A DNA stretch of 64,000 bases. It comes from Mobula hypostoma (taxonomy: Eukaryota). Where the stretch lies: NCBI RefSeq assembly GCF_963921235.1, contig NC_086107.1, positions 98,394,001-98,458,000 on the forward strand. Reading direction: 5' to 3'. How positions within the stretch are numbered: the stretch's first letter is position 1; each line of letters begins with the position of its first letter. The notes beneath the pieces are model-generated. The model saw only the letters and a program-made list of their open reading frames with translations, was not told the origin of the DNA and made no database searches. Position numbers and translations under genes: made by a program. This document shows positions 1 to 13,848 of this stretch, one piece after another.

Positions 1-547
1 GCTGCCAGGGCCAGGACTCGACTCAGAACTGGGAAGCCGCAACGGCCAGGACTTGACTTGGTGCTTGAATGCCGCCAGGACCAGGACTTGACTTGGTGCT
101 TGAATGCTGCCAGAGCCAGGACTTGACTTAGAGCCTTCGGGTAGTGGTGAGCTCTCGACTCGGCCCGGGAACAGTAGACAGCAGTTCTTGATTCCCTCCG
201 GCGGGTTAACTGACGGACCCACCTTGGTGAGGAAACTTTGCAGGTTCGCTTTGGCGAGGTAACTGGACAGGGTTTCTCCGGTGAGGAGAGGCGAATTACC
301 AGCGCTCGCTTCGGCAGAGACTAGGCTTGCTCTGGCCAGATGACATCGGCACACCGTACCTTGGATGACTTTGCAGATGCTCCCGCACCGAACGGCTGAA
401 AGCCGGAGACTATAAACTACCGGTTCAGCCGAGTGTTAATTGCCTCTAATCACCAAAGTCGAGGGACACGGGAAAACAGGGAATCAACGGTCCGGATCGT
501 AACACAAACAAGGTAAATTTAAAGGGACCCCGATCCGGACCATGACA
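1..547 (-). mobile_element. Probable LTR-element end with an internal ~39 bp tandem repeat (1-130)
   Basis: Minus strand begins TGTCATGG at 547; GC/CpG-richer than the flank; repeated gccagga(c)caggacttgactt units. Confidence 0.4.
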
Positions 548-1753
548 ACCTTAGTGACTTTGTACAAGAACACGCATGCCCTTTGAACATCTGCATTACC
601 CAATCACTCACAACGTAAACAATCCTCTACTTCTTGGTTCACTGCCCACATTGCACTCCATCTGACAAGTTCTGACCCTTTGTTCAGCTTGTTAATAAAG
701 CCACTGAAACTGTTGTACATCCTCCTTCCTTCAAACAATTGGCCTCGCTTTGCCTCATCAACAAACTTGGAAATATGACATTTGGTTCTCTCATTGATAC
801 AGGCTGTGAATAACCCGGGTCCTCAGCACCAACCCCAGCAGTTACAGACTGCCAGTTTGGGAAAAATATTTGATTTCAACTCTTTGCTGCTGCTAGTTAA
901 CCAAAAGCCAATGTCTATCTCTCAGTAGGCAGCAGGTATTATTGGGGCTGAATATGCTGATATTGGTGGTGTAGTGTTAATAATTCTCAAACCATGCCAG
1001 TATATTTACCCTTAATAAAAGCCCTCTGAAAATCTAAATATATCACATCTACTCTTCCCCCCTTATCTATTGCACTGATCACATCCTCAGGGAACTCTTG
1101 TAAATTAGTCAAACGTAATACATCTACAGTGAATGTTCATTCCTTTTATTCTTTTCTAGGTGTCCTGCTATTCCATTCTTTGTTGTAAATTCTAGTATTT
1201 CTCACTTGCTAATCTCACAGGTTGGCAATCCCCCATTCTCTCTCTCCTTTCTTATGCAGTGGGATCACGTTTGCTCCACTCCAAACTGCAGGACCATTCC
1301 AGAATCCGTACAGATTTGAAACGAAATAGCCAGAGCGCCCAGCCCTCCTGTAGCCAATCCTTTCCAAAACTCTGGGATGTAGATGAAGAGGTTCCTTGGG
1401 ATTTAGTGGCTTACACGCTCAACCCAAGAGCCTGGTGGATTCTTTGAGAGAAGGCAACGAGATTTGGTAGTGAGAACTGGCATGATCTGGGAGGCCAGCG
1501 GCATGAGATCCGTGGCTAGCTAACTGAGCATCATCCAGACCGACAGCTCCACCTGAGAGGACAGAACTAATTGACATCTGTTTACAGTGGAGAAGTTTGG
1601 AGACCCCAAGCAAGCAGATGCTTATCTTCCTGAATGAGTCGGTAGAGAGTGAGGCTGCTTTGGACTGTACTCAGCCCCCTCTCCAATCAGGCAGCATTCT
1701 TACTCATTTCCGCTTTGAAGAGAATGAGCTGAGCGCCAGAATCTCAAACTTAC

Positions 1754-1832
1754 TTTAAAGGTTTAAACAAGGCCTTGCCATAGTTCTGCAATGTCATCGT
1801 CAACTTCAGCTGAGTCCCACCAAGTTTCTGAA
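1754..1832 (-). CDS. FAM20C-like coding exon 3 (not in ORF track); gene continues beyond the left edge
   Basis: cttttcccag|TTCAGAAACTTGGTGGGACTCAG...AAACCTTTAAA|gtaagt, 79 nt. Encodes [27 protein letters not shown] (FAM20C: [27 protein letters not shown]), including the ATP-binding FKP lysine. Confidence 0.95.
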
Positions 1833-2429
1833 CTGGGAAAAGAAATTTCAACAGTTACTTTCCTGTCAAGACTGATTATTTTAAATGCAACCAATAGATG
1901 CTAGTCCAGGTGGTACTACCCATCCCTACATACCTGGAGATGTCTCTTAGCACCAGTGTCGTCTGTCTGGAGGAAGTAGTCCTCTGGAAGGGTTCAATAT
2001 TAAGTTATTACTGATATTAAGTTCCAACTAGTAGACACGCTGATGGGGAAAAGCAATTCACTTCTAAGCAGTGAGTCAGGGGAAAGCTGCAAGTCTTGGT
2101 GATATCTGGGTAGTAGATGTCATGGGCTTCAGAGATGCTACAATGCATTGTAGCTAACACGTAACATGCGGTGGAAGGAACCATTCAAATTGCCACATCC
2201 TTATCCTTACAGGAAATGGCCAGTGTTCGCCACTGGTGTGGTTTGAAGGTTGTGAGTCACTTAGCAGCAGAAGCTCCAAACTTCACCACTGCTCAGTCTA
2301 CGTGCAGACCAAAGTGACAAATTCCAGAGGTGACTGCTGGTGACGCTGGAGCAAACGAGTGATTGTGGCATCAAGGATCCCGGATAAGACTGAAGTTAAG
2401 GCCTCAATGCCTCCAAGTAACTGATTCCT

Positions 2430-3845
2430 CAGTTCCCTCACTTACAGATCCAAGTTTGCAACAACATCTCCTCCACAGTCTCCACCAGCACAGGTGCACC
2501 ACAAGGCTGCGTGTAAGCCCCCTCCTCTACTCACTTTACACCTATGACTGCGAGGCTAAGCATAGCTCCAAAGAAATATTTAAGTTTGCCCACAGCACCG
2601 AGGCCATTGGCCAAAACTTTGGTTGTAATGAATAAGCAGAGAGGAGGGAGATCGAAAACCCGACCGAGTGGAGCCACAAGACCAAGGAGCTGATGACTGA
2701 CTTCAGGAGGAGGAAATTGGAGGTCCCTGAGCCAGTCCTCATCGGAGGATCAAAGGTGAAGAGGGTCAGCAAATTTAAATTCCTCAGTGTTATCACTTCA
2801 GAGGATCTGTCCTGGGTCCAGCATGTAAGAGCCATTACAAAAGCATGGCAGTGCCTCTACTTTCCCAGAAGTTTGCGAAGACTCAGCATGTCATCAAAAA
2901 CTTTGACAAACTTCTACAGGTGTGTAGTGGAGAGTATTCTGACTGGTCGCATCACAGCCTGGCATGGAAACACCAATGCCCTTGTACGGAAAAGCAGTCG
3001 AAACAGTACAGCTGACCACGGGTAAAGTGCTCACCAACACTGATCACATCTACACACAGAGTGCTGTCACAAAGAGCAACACCCTTCATCAGGGTTCTCC
3101 GCCATCTAGGTCATGCTCTCTTCTCACTGCTGCCATCAGGAAGAAGGTACAGGAGCCTCAGGACCCACACCACCAGGTTCAGGGACAGTTATTACCCCTC
3201 AACCATCAGGCTCTCGAACCTAAGAACATTCAACTTCACTCGCCCTATCACTGAACTCTTCCCACAAACTAGTAAAAGCATCCGCTGTCTTCACTCTCCA
3301 GGGCGCAGGCCTGGGCAAGGTTGTATGGAAGAGCAGCAGTTGCCCATGCTGCAAGTCTCCCCTCTCCACGACACCAATGTTGTCCGAGGGAAGGGCATTA
3401 GGACCCATACAGCTTGGCACCAGTGTCGTCGCAGAGCGACGTGTGATTAAGTGCCTTGCTCAAGGACACAACCCCCTGCCTCGGCTGGGGCTTGAACTCA
3501 CAACCTTCAGGTCGCTAGTCCAGTGCCTTAACCACTTGGCCACGTGCCCCACACTGCCTATTGACTCACTTTCAAGGATTCATCATCTCATGTTCTCGAT
3601 ATTTATTGCTTATTTATTATTATCACTATTGTTTCTTTTTTCTCTTTTTTTTAAATACCTGCGCAGTTTGTTTTTTTTTCTTTACACATTGGTTTGTTTG
3701 TCTGTCCTGCAGGGGGCGGTCTTTCATTGATTCTATTGTGTTTCTTGTATTTACTGTGATTGCCCGGAAGAAAATGAATGTCAGGGTTGTATATAGAGAC
3801 CCATACATGCTTTGATGATAAATGTACTTTGAACTTTGAAATCAA
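2430..3845 (+). mobile_element. Rex1/Babar-like non-LTR retrotransposon 3' part (decayed RT), interrupted by a SINE
   Basis: STGAPQGCV-SPLLYSLYTYDC, FKFLSVITSEDLSW, LFSLLPSGRRYRSLRTHTTRFRDSYYP; (ctttgaa)n tail; frameshifted. Confidence 0.85.
3267..3553 (-). mobile_element. tRNA-derived SINE with CORE-like segment
   Basis: Box A TGGCCAAGTGG, box B GTTCAAGCC, TGTGTCCTTGAGCAAGGCACTTAA; same family as 15720-15995. Confidence 0.8.
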
Positions 3846-4679
3846 AGTGAAGACAGATCACTGTCTGGCATCATGCTTCAGTCAGAATGTACACTGGCTC
3901 TGCCTCCTACAATGGTTCAGGAGCCCCAGCACAGACTGGGCTGTCTGAGACATGGCTGTCGGTCTGGGTCTGCTCAGGTAAAAGCAAACAAGCCTGAGCG
4001 ATGAACCTTCCTGACCTCATCCCTGACAAGTTACCCACGGGGGGGGGCGGGTGTCGTTGTGGCACGCTGGGCCTCACAGCTCTGGGGTCCCAGATTTGAT
4101 CCCCGTCTCCAGCACTGTCTGTGGAATTTCCATGTCCTCCTTGGGCTTTCCATCTTCTTCCACAATACAAAGATGCACAGGTTGGTAAATTAATCAGCCA
4201 CGATGAATGGATCCAATTATTGCAGGTGAACGGTAGGAGTTAGGGAGGGCTGTTGGAAATGTTGGGGAAATTAAAGTATAGGGTTAGCATATGAATACTT
4301 GACGGCTATCATGGTCCTGATGGGCTGAAGGGCCTATTTTTGCGCTGCACTACTCCATGACTCATGGAGTAATACCCATCCATGGCAGGATTGGTAGAAA
4401 TGACCTCTGCATGGTCACTGTGGAGACAAGATCTCACCTTCAAACTGAGGGCACCCTCCACCGTGCTGGTTCGGGTGGGTTCAAAACAATTGGCAGCCGA
4501 AGAAAACTGGGCTTCCATGAGAGGCTGTGGGCCATCAGCAGCAGCAGAAATGTCCAGCACCACAATCTACAATCTCAGGGCCTGGCACTTCCCTCACCCT
4601 GCCATTACCGTCTGGTGCAGCACCTAGCTTACCTAAAATTGACGAGCTCCAGCCTCGTTACACAGGACTCACTGCGTGC

Positions 4680-5280
4680 TAGTTCAAAGTAAAATTTATT
4701 AGCAAAGTCTGTATTTGTTATCATGTACCACCCTGAGATTCATTTTCTGCAGGCATTTACAGAAAAAAAGAAATACAGTACAATTTATGACAAACGATAC
4801 ATCAGTGAACAAAGACCAGCAAACAACCAATGTACAACAGAAGAAAAACAGCAAATAAAGAAATAAACAGGAGGCATTTTCCTCTCCATGGATGCCGCCT
4901 GACTTGGTGAGTGTTGCCCCAGATTTCCAGCATCTGTGGGATCTGTGGTGAAAATAATATTGAGAGCATGAGTGGTAAAGAGTCCTTCAAAGTGATCCGG
5001 TGGCTTGTGGAATCAGTTCAGTGATGAGGTGAGTGAACTTTTCCATGTTGCTTCAGGGGCCTGATGGTTGTACCCACGCCAGTTCCTGAACCAGGTGGGG
5101 TGGGACCCAAGGTTTCTGTATCTCCCGCCCAATTATAGCAACAAAAAGAAGGCGTGGCTTGAATGGCTGGAGGGGTCTTTGACAATGGATGCTGCTTTCT
5201 TCCATGTAAATGGACTCAATGATGGGGAGGATTGTGTTGAACTGGGTTGTAACCATCACTTCCTGTAGCCTCTTCCCTTC
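4680..5280 (-). mobile_element. Decayed Rex1-like LINE 3' end
   Basis: Same C-terminal and 3' UTR pattern as 2430-3845, reverse orientation. Confidence 0.6.
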
Positions 5281-5451
5281 CTGGGTTTTGCAGCTTCCAG
5301 TCCCAGGTTGGTGCCAAGCAACCAAGACAGCAGGTTGGACAGAGCTAGGCAATCTGAAAACCTTTGGATCGGGTTAAAGCCCTGCAGTCCCCCTGAATCT
5401 GTGGGATGCATCTCACTTTCGTGAACTTCCGTGCTGGATGTTATTTGCTTA

Positions 5452-6000
5452 AAACACACATAAAAGTTGCTGGTGAACGCAGCAGGCCAGGCAGCATCTC
5501 TAGGAAGAGGTACAGTCGACGTTTCAGGCCGAGACCCTTCATCAGGACTAACTGAAGGAACAGTTAGTAAGAAATTTGAAAGTGGGAGGGGGAGGGGGAG
5601 ATCGAAAATGACAGGAGAAGACAGGAGGAAGAGGGATGGAGCCAAGAGCTGGACAGGTGATTGGCAAAAGGGATATGAGAGGATCATGGCACAGGAGGCC
5701 CAGGGAGAAGGAAAAGCGGGGGGGGGGGAACCCAGAGGATGGGCAAGGGGTATAGTGAGAGGGAAAGACGGAGAAAAAGGAGAGAGAGAAAAAGAATGTG
5801 TGTATATAAATAAATAACGGATGGGGTACGAGGGGGAGGTGGGGCATTAGTGGAAATTTGAGAAGTCGATGTTCATGCCATCAGGTTGGAGGCTACCCAG
5901 ACGGAATATAAGGTGTTGTTCCTCCAACCTGAGTGTGGCTTCATCTTGACAGTAGAGGAGGCCGTGGATAGACATATCAGAATGGGAATGGGACGTGGAA
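5452..6000 (-). mobile_element. Penelope-like element 3' end
   Basis: Minus strand encodes GIY-YIG C-terminus RLEEQHLIFRLGSLQPDGMNIDF, then a pyrimidine-rich UTR, hammerhead motif and terminal repeat. Confidence 0.8.
5513..5549 (-). ncRNA. Minimal type I hammerhead ribozyme motif in a Penelope-like repeat
   Basis: UAGUC CUGAUGA A GGGUCUCGGCCU GAAAC GUC GACUG: core, stem II and stem I all present. Confidence 0.7.
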
Positions 6001-6317
6001 TTAAAATATTATTTGCTTTTTTTTATTGTTTGCACAATCAGTCTTTCTTTCGCACATTGGGTGTTTGGCATCCTCCTTTTTGAATGGGTTCTATTGGGTT
6101 TGCTTGTTTTGTGGCTGCCTATAAGGAGAGAAATCTCAAGGTTGTATATAGTATACGTACTTTGACAATAAACATTCTTTGAACTTTGAGGTGTTGGCGA
6201 GGAGCACCTGCGAGGTTGTCAGCAGTAGCAGCATCGTACTGCGTCCTAGTCCAGTGATCAGGCTGGTGCCAGGAGGTGTGTCTGGTTTTTATTATTAAAC
6301 TAGACTGTTGCTGCCTC

Positions 6318-6730
6318 ACTTTACACCGCACGCTGTCGGAGCATTGCTGCCAGGATAATCAAGGACACGACCCACCCAGTCAACACACTTTTCGTCCCTC
6401 TTCCCTCTGGGAGAAGGTCCAGGAGCTTGAAGACTTGTATAGCCAGATTTGGGAACAGCTTCTTTCCAACTGTGATAAGACTGCTGAACGGATCCTGACC
6501 CGGATCTGGGCCGTACCCTCCAAATATCCGGACCTGCCTCTCGGTTTTTTTGCACTACCTTACTTTCCATTTTTCTATTTTCTATTTATGATTTATAATT
6601 TAAAATTTTTAATATTTACTATCGATTTGTAATCCAGGGAGCAGGAAGCGCAGAATCAAATATCACTGTGATGATTGTACGTTCTAGTATCAATTGTTTG
6701 GCAACAATAAAGTATATAGTATAAAGTATA
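6318..6730 (+). mobile_element. Young Rex1-like LINE 3' end
   Basis: Near-identical to 11090-11450 and 46890-47287; AATAAAGTATA tail. Confidence 0.8.
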
Positions 6731-7643
6731 TCAGAGAATCCTATTTCAGAGGACTGTTGAGAGTCAAGTTCATTGCTGTGGGTCTCGGTCCAAATTGCCT
6801 GAGGACAGCCATTTACACCCAGGGGATCAGATAAGGTATCTGGTAGTTGGATTATTGTTGCCACACATACTGAATGCAGTGAAAAGATTGCAATTCCGTC
6901 ATATCATTCCAACTATTACGTTGATGTAGTTGTGACGGATATTCACTTTTCAGAGCCTGACAAGCTTATTGCTGACCTCAGCTTTCTAACACAGCAGCAT
7001 GACCTTTCCCAAGGGTCAGAGTTCTTGGCAATAAAGTTAAACTTTCAACAAATATTCTTTGCTCAGCTTTTTGTTGTAACAAGAACCAGTCCCCAGTTCT
7101 TGAAGCAAATTGCAAGCAGCAATCAGTTTGAAGTGGAAGAAAGGCTTTGCAAAGTAAGGTGACCAAGAAGCTTGTCTTCATTAGCCAAATGCAAGGCAAT
7201 GTGGAAAATATGACTTAGCCCATCAAAGATGGTTACAAGTGGCTTAGTGCTCACTGCATTAATTGTGGATGTTTCCAATCTCTGTCGTTAGAAGCTTTAA
7301 GACCATTTGTGCAAATTACTTCGTCCCAGCAAAGGTATCTGGAAAGACCACATGCAGATGATGTAAACTAGCAGAAATTAGTATAAGTGCCATCACAGTT
7401 TGGAGATTGTTAGAAATGACAGAAAGAAGAACTAGAATTCATTCCTTCAGGTTCTGTGACAGACGGTTCGTTCAACTGCAACTCTTCGGTATGTTTTTCT
7501 AGTTTGTAGGAATTGTATCCGTGTTTGGAAATCCTTTGTAGCTTGTAAATCTTATTTAAATTTGGAAACCTTTTAGAAATTATAAATCCTCTGTGACTGT
7601 GTTAAGAATTATTTATCTGATATTAAATGTATATCATTAAATT

Positions 7644-7955
7644 TGGGTGGTACGGTGGAGATACTCTCTACCAAAGGAGGTGCGGTGCTCCTTTCCTCCT
7701 CTAGTCTGCAGGTCACCCTTGGGTAAGGTGGGGCACCTGCTTAGTCCTCCGATCAGGGTCACGTGAAGCCATGGGAGAGGGTCGTGTGTGGTCGTATGAG
7801 CAGCATGTGCATATCCCAAGTCCGGGTTATGCGACCACTGACACCAGGCGGGCAATCTCTGAAGAGTACTGATAATGGCTGGGGTCACCCATCTTGTAAA
7901 GACACTGCCCAGAAGAAGGAAGTGGCAAACCATTTCTGTAGAAAAATTTCTTAAG
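7644..7955 (+). mobile_element. Short interspersed element with RTE/BovB-like tail
   Basis: Homologous to 14627-14985, 48100-48475 and 52610-52970; tail GAAGAAGG..TGGCAAACCA.TTCTGTAG. Confidence 0.7.
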
Positions 7956-9922
7956 AGCAATCCTGATGAAGGGTCTTGGCCAGAAACGTCGACAGATTAT
8001 TCCCCTCCATTGGTGCTGGGCTCTTCCAGTATCTTTTGTGTGTGTGTGTGTGCTCACTTTGCAACAGTGCCAAGCTCCAAGTCCCTCTCCATCTCCGTGA
8101 AACCCTCTCTTCCCCTGGACTCAGGTCACATTCTGTCAAAGTGATGGTTCACACCTTGGGCTGGTTCCATATACTACCACTGTCCTCTGAAGACCATTTC
8201 TGCTCCTGTTGGTGATTCTTTAAAGCCCCATTCTATTACATGGACCAGGGCAACACACCTGTGCGTACCTCACCTGGAGGTTCCTCTCTATGCACAGAAC
8301 CTCAGGTATAAGGAAATGGGACCGTAAGATGCCATTTGACCCATCAAGGGCATAGCTGATCTTCTCCCATTAATGCCCAGTCTTGGTTTCAGGTGAACGT
8401 TGAGCTTCCACGGCCTTTGGTAGTGGGGATTTCCAGAGGTTCACTACCCTCTGAGTGAAGACATATTTCCTCATTTCAGTCCTGAACAGCCTAGCCCGTA
8501 TTCTCAGCTGTCCCCTGTTCCTCAGCTCCTCAGTGCAGGGAAACATAGCTCCACAGAACGCTTACAAGGCTATTCGGCCCACTGTGTCTGTGCTGGCCCT
8601 CAACCACTCTTCACCCTTCTGTTACTTAACTTACTTTGCATCTGTGCTACCCAGGAACTGTTTTATAAAACAGGCTTCAACTTTGCACATGAGACTGTTG
8701 TGTGTCTCTTATCCAAAGGCTTCTGCAGGTCAGTTTGTACTGTATATATATGCCCCGGGCCAGCCAGTGGTGTACTGGCATCAGCACTGGACTTCGAGAT
8801 GGATGATTCTGAGTTCAAATCTGGCTAGCTCCCAAGTTCCCAACATGGGCAGCAGCAGTAGAAAGGCCTGTATCTTGTCATGAAAACTACCGTTCCTAGG
8901 GTCACCATGACATGTCGACAGCACAACCCTGACCTCGCTGACAAAACTCCTGTGCAGAACCTTGCAGAAACCCTTCCAAATATCCAACTCTTTCAGTCCT
9001 GCCTGCGGATCCCATCCTACCAATCACACTCAAAGAACTCTCAGCAAATTAGCTAAAGATTAATTTTCATTCTCAAATCCATGCTGACTCTCTTCAGTTT
9101 CATTATTCTTTTCTAGATGTTTGATTCTTAATCCTTTAATATAGATTCCAGAATCTTCCATACCACTAACGTCAGGCTAAATCCCCTGTTTCCTCCTCAT
9201 TCCTTTCCGGACAGTCAGTGATCATCTTTTCTTGTGATCGCAAGACCCTGTTGGACATTGTTAATGTGGAACGCTGCAAGTCCAACTCACTGATTTGTTG
9301 GCGAGTGGCGGGGGAGCTGTGTGGCCTCGATCGTAGTGAGGCTAGGACTCGAGCCGCGGTGTCGCCTGTTTACCGCTGTCAGGGAGAGAGGTGTTGGAGT
9401 CGGTGCGCTGGGAGCAGCATGTGCAGCAGTCAGTGCTGCCCCCCAGTGTTCACTTGGCAGAAGACAAGCCATAATATGTTCGACTGCAGACTGCTGCAAC
9501 GTTCATGGATTTGGGGTCTTGAACTGGTTTTTTTTTGTAAAAATGAATTTCACTGATATCTTATATGAGCTTGCTGTCTTATATGTGCTTTGTGCTGTGT
9601 ATGACTGTTGGTACTTTGTTTTGCACCTTGACCCTGCAGTATCACTGTCTCGTTTGGCTGTATTCATGTGTGGTTGAATGACAATAAAGTTTGAACTGGA
9701 ACTTGAATTTTCTTACATAATGGGGTCAGCACATCACAGAAGCTAGCCTCCACTTGTGAATTTCTTGCTGACTTAGTTAGTAGCCAGCATAATTGAAGAC
9801 TCCAGATATTCTCACTTCTCCTCCTTCCCATGAAGAGGAGCTCCCACCCAGTTCCTTGGTATGACAAGACAGGCTCTTGACCTCACAATCTACCTCATTC
9901 TGATCTTGTACATCGTTGCTTA

Positions 9923-10355
9923 GACACACACACAAAATGCAGGAGCAACGCAGCAGCATCTATGGAACCGTCGATGTTTCGGGCCGCGTCCCTTCATCAG
10001 GACTGGAAAGGAAGGGGCAAGATGGCAGAATAAAAAGATGAGGGGAGGGGAAGCAGGAAGGTGGTGGGTGAAGCCAAGTGGGTTGGAGAGGTACAGGGCT
10101 GGAGAAGAAGGAATCTGATAGGAGAGGAGAGCGGACCATGGGAGAAAAGGGACCACAGGGGAAAAGGAAGGATGGGGGGGAGGCAGGGGAGGTGATAGGC
10201 AGGTGAGGAGATGTAAGAGGCCAGAGTGGGGAGTGGAGGAAGAGGGAAGGGGAGGGAAAAAGGGAAAAAAGAGAAAAACAAATGATCAGAAGGAGAAATT
10301 GATGTTCACGCCATCAGGTTGGAGGCTACCCAGACAGAACATGAAGTGTTGCTCC
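9923..10355 (-). mobile_element. Penelope-like element 3' end with hammerhead motif (9968-10005)
   Basis: Same GIY-YIG tail and terminal repeat as 5452-6000. Confidence 0.75.
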
Positions 10356-11089
10356 TTACTGCCTACCAGCACTGCATTTTCCCTGTAGCTGTTACACTTT
10401 ACTCCATGTTGTTATTGTTTCATCCTGTTCGACCACAGTGCACTGTGTAATGATCTGATCTGTATGGACAGTCTGCAAGACCAACTTTTCTCTGTGTCTC
10501 AATACCTGTGACAATAATGAACCAATTCCAAATCCAGTTCCATATTTGCAACTCTCTGTCCACAGGCACAATTCCAGAGCCTGCAGAATCTTGGAAGAGG
10601 ATAATCCAAGCATCCGGTATCTCAGCGTCACCTCTTTCTAAATTCTGGGATATGCGTCACAATCCACACGCCCAAGTTCAGGTCCCACCATGCCAGCTGT
10701 GGAATTTAAGTTGCTTTTTTTCAAGCTAAGCTTTATTTGTCACATGTACATCGAAACATGCAGTGGAATGCATCGTTTGCATCAAATCAAATCTGTGAGG
10801 ATTGTGCTGGGAAGCCCACAAGAGGCGCCAACATAGTGTGTCTGCAACTTACTGACCCTAACCCTAACCGTACATCTTTGAGATGTTTGGGGGGGGGTGC
10901 GGGACTGGAACGTACTTTGTCACAGGGAGAACATAAAAACACCCTACAGGCCGCAGCGGGAATTGAGCCCCGAACTTCTGGCTGGCGCCGTAAAGCACGG
11001 TGCCAGCTACCAAGCCATGCCATGAATTCAGTTCATTGCAATGTTCTGTTAAGCTCAGCTTGCCATTGGTATGGACTGCTGTAGCAACA

Positions 11090-11450
11090 CAGCTACACGA
11101 CCCACCCAGCCAACACACTTTTCGTCCCTCTTCCCTCCGGGAGAAGGCTCAGGAGCTTGAAGACTCGTACTGCCAGATTTGGGAACAGCTTCTTTCCAAC
11201 TGTGATAAGACTGCTGAACGGATCCTGACCCGGATCTGGGCCGTACCCTCCAAATATCCGGACCTGCCTCTCGGTTTTTCTGCAGTACCTTACTTACCAT
11301 TTTTCTATTTATGATTTATAATTTAAATTTTTAATATTTACTATCGATTTGTACTCCAGGGAGCGCGAAGCGAAGAATCAAATATCACTGTGATGATTGT
11401 ACGCTCTCGTATCAATTGTTTGGCGACAATAAAGTATAACGTATAAAGTA
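11090..11450 (+). mobile_element. Young Rex1-like LINE 3' end
   Basis: Near-identical to 6318-6730. Confidence 0.8.
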
Positions 11451-12014
11451 GTGATTCACCAACTTTACTCAGGGGCTTTCAGGGGCTTTCAGGGGCTTGC
11501 AGTAAGTGCTGCTTCGCTGGTGGTGCTCAGCTCCTGAAAAGTAATTAAAGATAGACACACCCCAACACACAGGGCTCATCGTCGTTTGATCTCACACAAG
11601 CCCCGCTGGTGTACGAGCTGCGTCAAGCAAGATGTCCATGAACCTCTCGGTCAATGGTAGGGGTCCATGCCATAAGAACAAAGTCTGGGAACTCCTGATC
11701 TATACGTATCCACACAGCATGCCCCTGTAAAAGCATCTCAGCACAACCAGTCCTGCGGACACTCGTATACTGCGTGTGTATTACTGAGCATGAACAGGGA
11801 CCAGGCGGCACACACAGCCTCGCCGATGCACATCTGAACACATCCATCCAGCTGGCTTCCCCCTGCCCATCCTTGCCCATACAGTGCACCCCAGCGTTCC
11901 CTCACACGTTCGGTCCGTCCAATGCACACTAGTCTATACTGTTCAAATGGTGCACTAATGCCTGCTGGTTCTATCTCATGCCATAGGTCTGAGATTTGGG
12001 AGGAGGAGGGTGGG

Positions 12015-12295
12015 GATGGCATGGTGGTGTAGTGGTCAGCACAACCGTTACAGTGCAGGTAACCTGGGTTCAATTCCCATTGCTGCCTGTAAGGAGTTTG
12101 TACGTTCTCCCCGTGACCGCGTGGGTTTCCTCCGGGTACCCCAGTTTCCTCCCACAGTCCAAAGATATACTGGCTGGTAGGTTGGTTGGTCATTGTAAGT
12201 TGTCCCGTGATTAGGCTTGGGTTAAATTGGTGGGATTCTGAGTGGCACGACTCGAAGGACCAGAAAGGTCCACTCCGCACTGTAACTCCATAAAT
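12015..12295 (+). mobile_element. HE1/V-SINE-like tRNA-derived SINE
   Basis: Box A/B head and V-domain GGAGTTTGTACGTTCTCCCCGTGACCGCGTGGGTTTCCTCCGGG. Other copies near 4050, 10800, 20145, 30895, 38950, 39420 and 46605. Confidence 0.8.
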
Positions 12296-12585
12296 AAGAT
12301 TGGCGTGTGGACAGTCATATCGCTTTCTCATGCGGGAGGAGGGATTTGGGGGTCGATGTGCCTGATCCGTTTTGTTCGTTTTTTGTGCAGGGCGGGAGGA
12401 TTTACGGGTTGATGATGATGCTGTTTTGCTCTTCTTTCCTCATTTCACGGCTACCCGAAAAAGAGGAATTTCAGAGTTGTATAGTTCAATAATAAATGAA
12501 CCTTTGAACCTTTTGAGTAATGCTGTTTCGTTTGGCTGTATTCCGATGTGGTTGAATAACAATTAAACTTCAACATGATCTTGTG

Positions 12586-12867
12586 NNNNNNNNNNNNNNN
12601 NNNNNNNNNNNNNNNNNNNNNNNNNNNNNNNNNNNNNNNNNNNNNNNNNNNNNNNNNNNNNNNNNNNNNNNNNNNNNNNNNNNNNNNNNNNNNNNNNNNN
12701 NNNNNNNNNNNNNNNNNNNNNNNNNNNNNNNNNNNNNNNNNNNNNNNNNNNNNNNNNNNNNNNNNNNNNNNNNNNNNNNNNNNNNNNNNNNNNNNNNNNN
12801 NNNNNNNNNNNNNNNNNNNNNNNNNNNNNNNNNNNNNNNNNNNNNNNNNNNNNNNNNNNNNNNNNNN
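12586..12867. other. N run (gap or masked sequence)
   Basis: Run of N. Confidence 1.
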
Positions 12868-13014
12868 ACCTGTATGGACATTCTCTGAGTGCACACCTAT
12901 GCACTGATGCCTTCACCTGCACCCTCACATATCACGTCCAGACGAGATGCACCAAACCAGATGCCCTTGCACTCACTTAGCAAAAATGACCAAAAAACAA
13001 AAAATTCTCCTTAC

Positions 13015-13187
13015 TGACACGGACAATCCTCAAGGTTGCGAGCTCCTGCAGTAAGGAGGTAATGATGCTGCTGTTCTGTGCGTACAGCTCATACCGGTTA
13101 ATTCCGATGAAGAACTTCAGCCAGTTGGGGTACGTATCAGAAGGAGATTTGCCATCGGGCAGAACATACTCCTGCTCGTGGCTAACC
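13015..13187 (-). CDS. FAM20C-like coding exon 2
   Basis: Encodes [22 protein letters not shown] (FAM20C: [21 protein letters not shown]). Acceptor cacag|, donor A|GTAAGG, 173 nt, phases 2/1 fit the neighbouring exons. Confidence 0.95.
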
Positions 13188-13414
13188 CTGTGAGAACAAA
13201 ACACATTGATAAAAATTAGACGCATAGACGTTCACAATCATATAAACACAAGGGCTTCTGCAGACGCTGGAAATCCAAAGCAACACACACAAAATGCTGG
13301 AGGAACTCAGCAGGTCAGGCAGCATCCATGGAAAACAGTACAGTCGATGTTTCGGGCCGAGACCCTTCAAAGTACTGAAAGGATGTGTACAGTATTTGTG
13401 TAGTTTGAGTATCA

Positions 13415-13848
13415 NNNNNNNNNNNNNNNNNNNNNNNNNNNNNNNNNNNNNNNNNNNNNNNNNNNNNNNNNNNNNNNNNNNNNNNNNNNNNNNNNNNNNN
13501 NNNNNNNNNNNNNNNNNNNNNNNNNNNNNNNNNNNNNNNNNNNNNNNNNNNNNNNNNNNNNNNNNNNNNNNNNNNNNNNNNNNNNNNNNNNNNNNNNNNN
13601 NNNNNCTGGGTGTCTGTGTGTCTATCTGTGTGTGTGTGTGTCTGCATGCCTGTGTGTGCGTGTGTTAGTGTGTGTCTGTNNNNNNNNNNNNNNNNNNNNN
13701 NNNNNNNNNNNNNNNNNNNNNNNNNNNNNNNNNNNNNNNNNNNNNNNNNNNNNNNNNNNNNNNNNNNNNNNNNNNNNNNNNNNNNNNNNNNNNNNNNNNN
13801 NNNNNNNNNNNNNNNNNNNNNNNNNNNNNNNNNNNNNNNNNNNNNNNN
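13415..13848. other. Two N runs (13415-13605, 13680-13848) around a (TG)n-like microsatellite
   Basis: Runs of N with degenerate TG repeats between them. Confidence 1.

Noticed and set aside
2693-3025. Resemblance to the ALKBH8 N-terminal/DUF1891 annotation
   Set aside because: It is the post-RT region of a frameshifted Rex1-like LINE, not a host gene.
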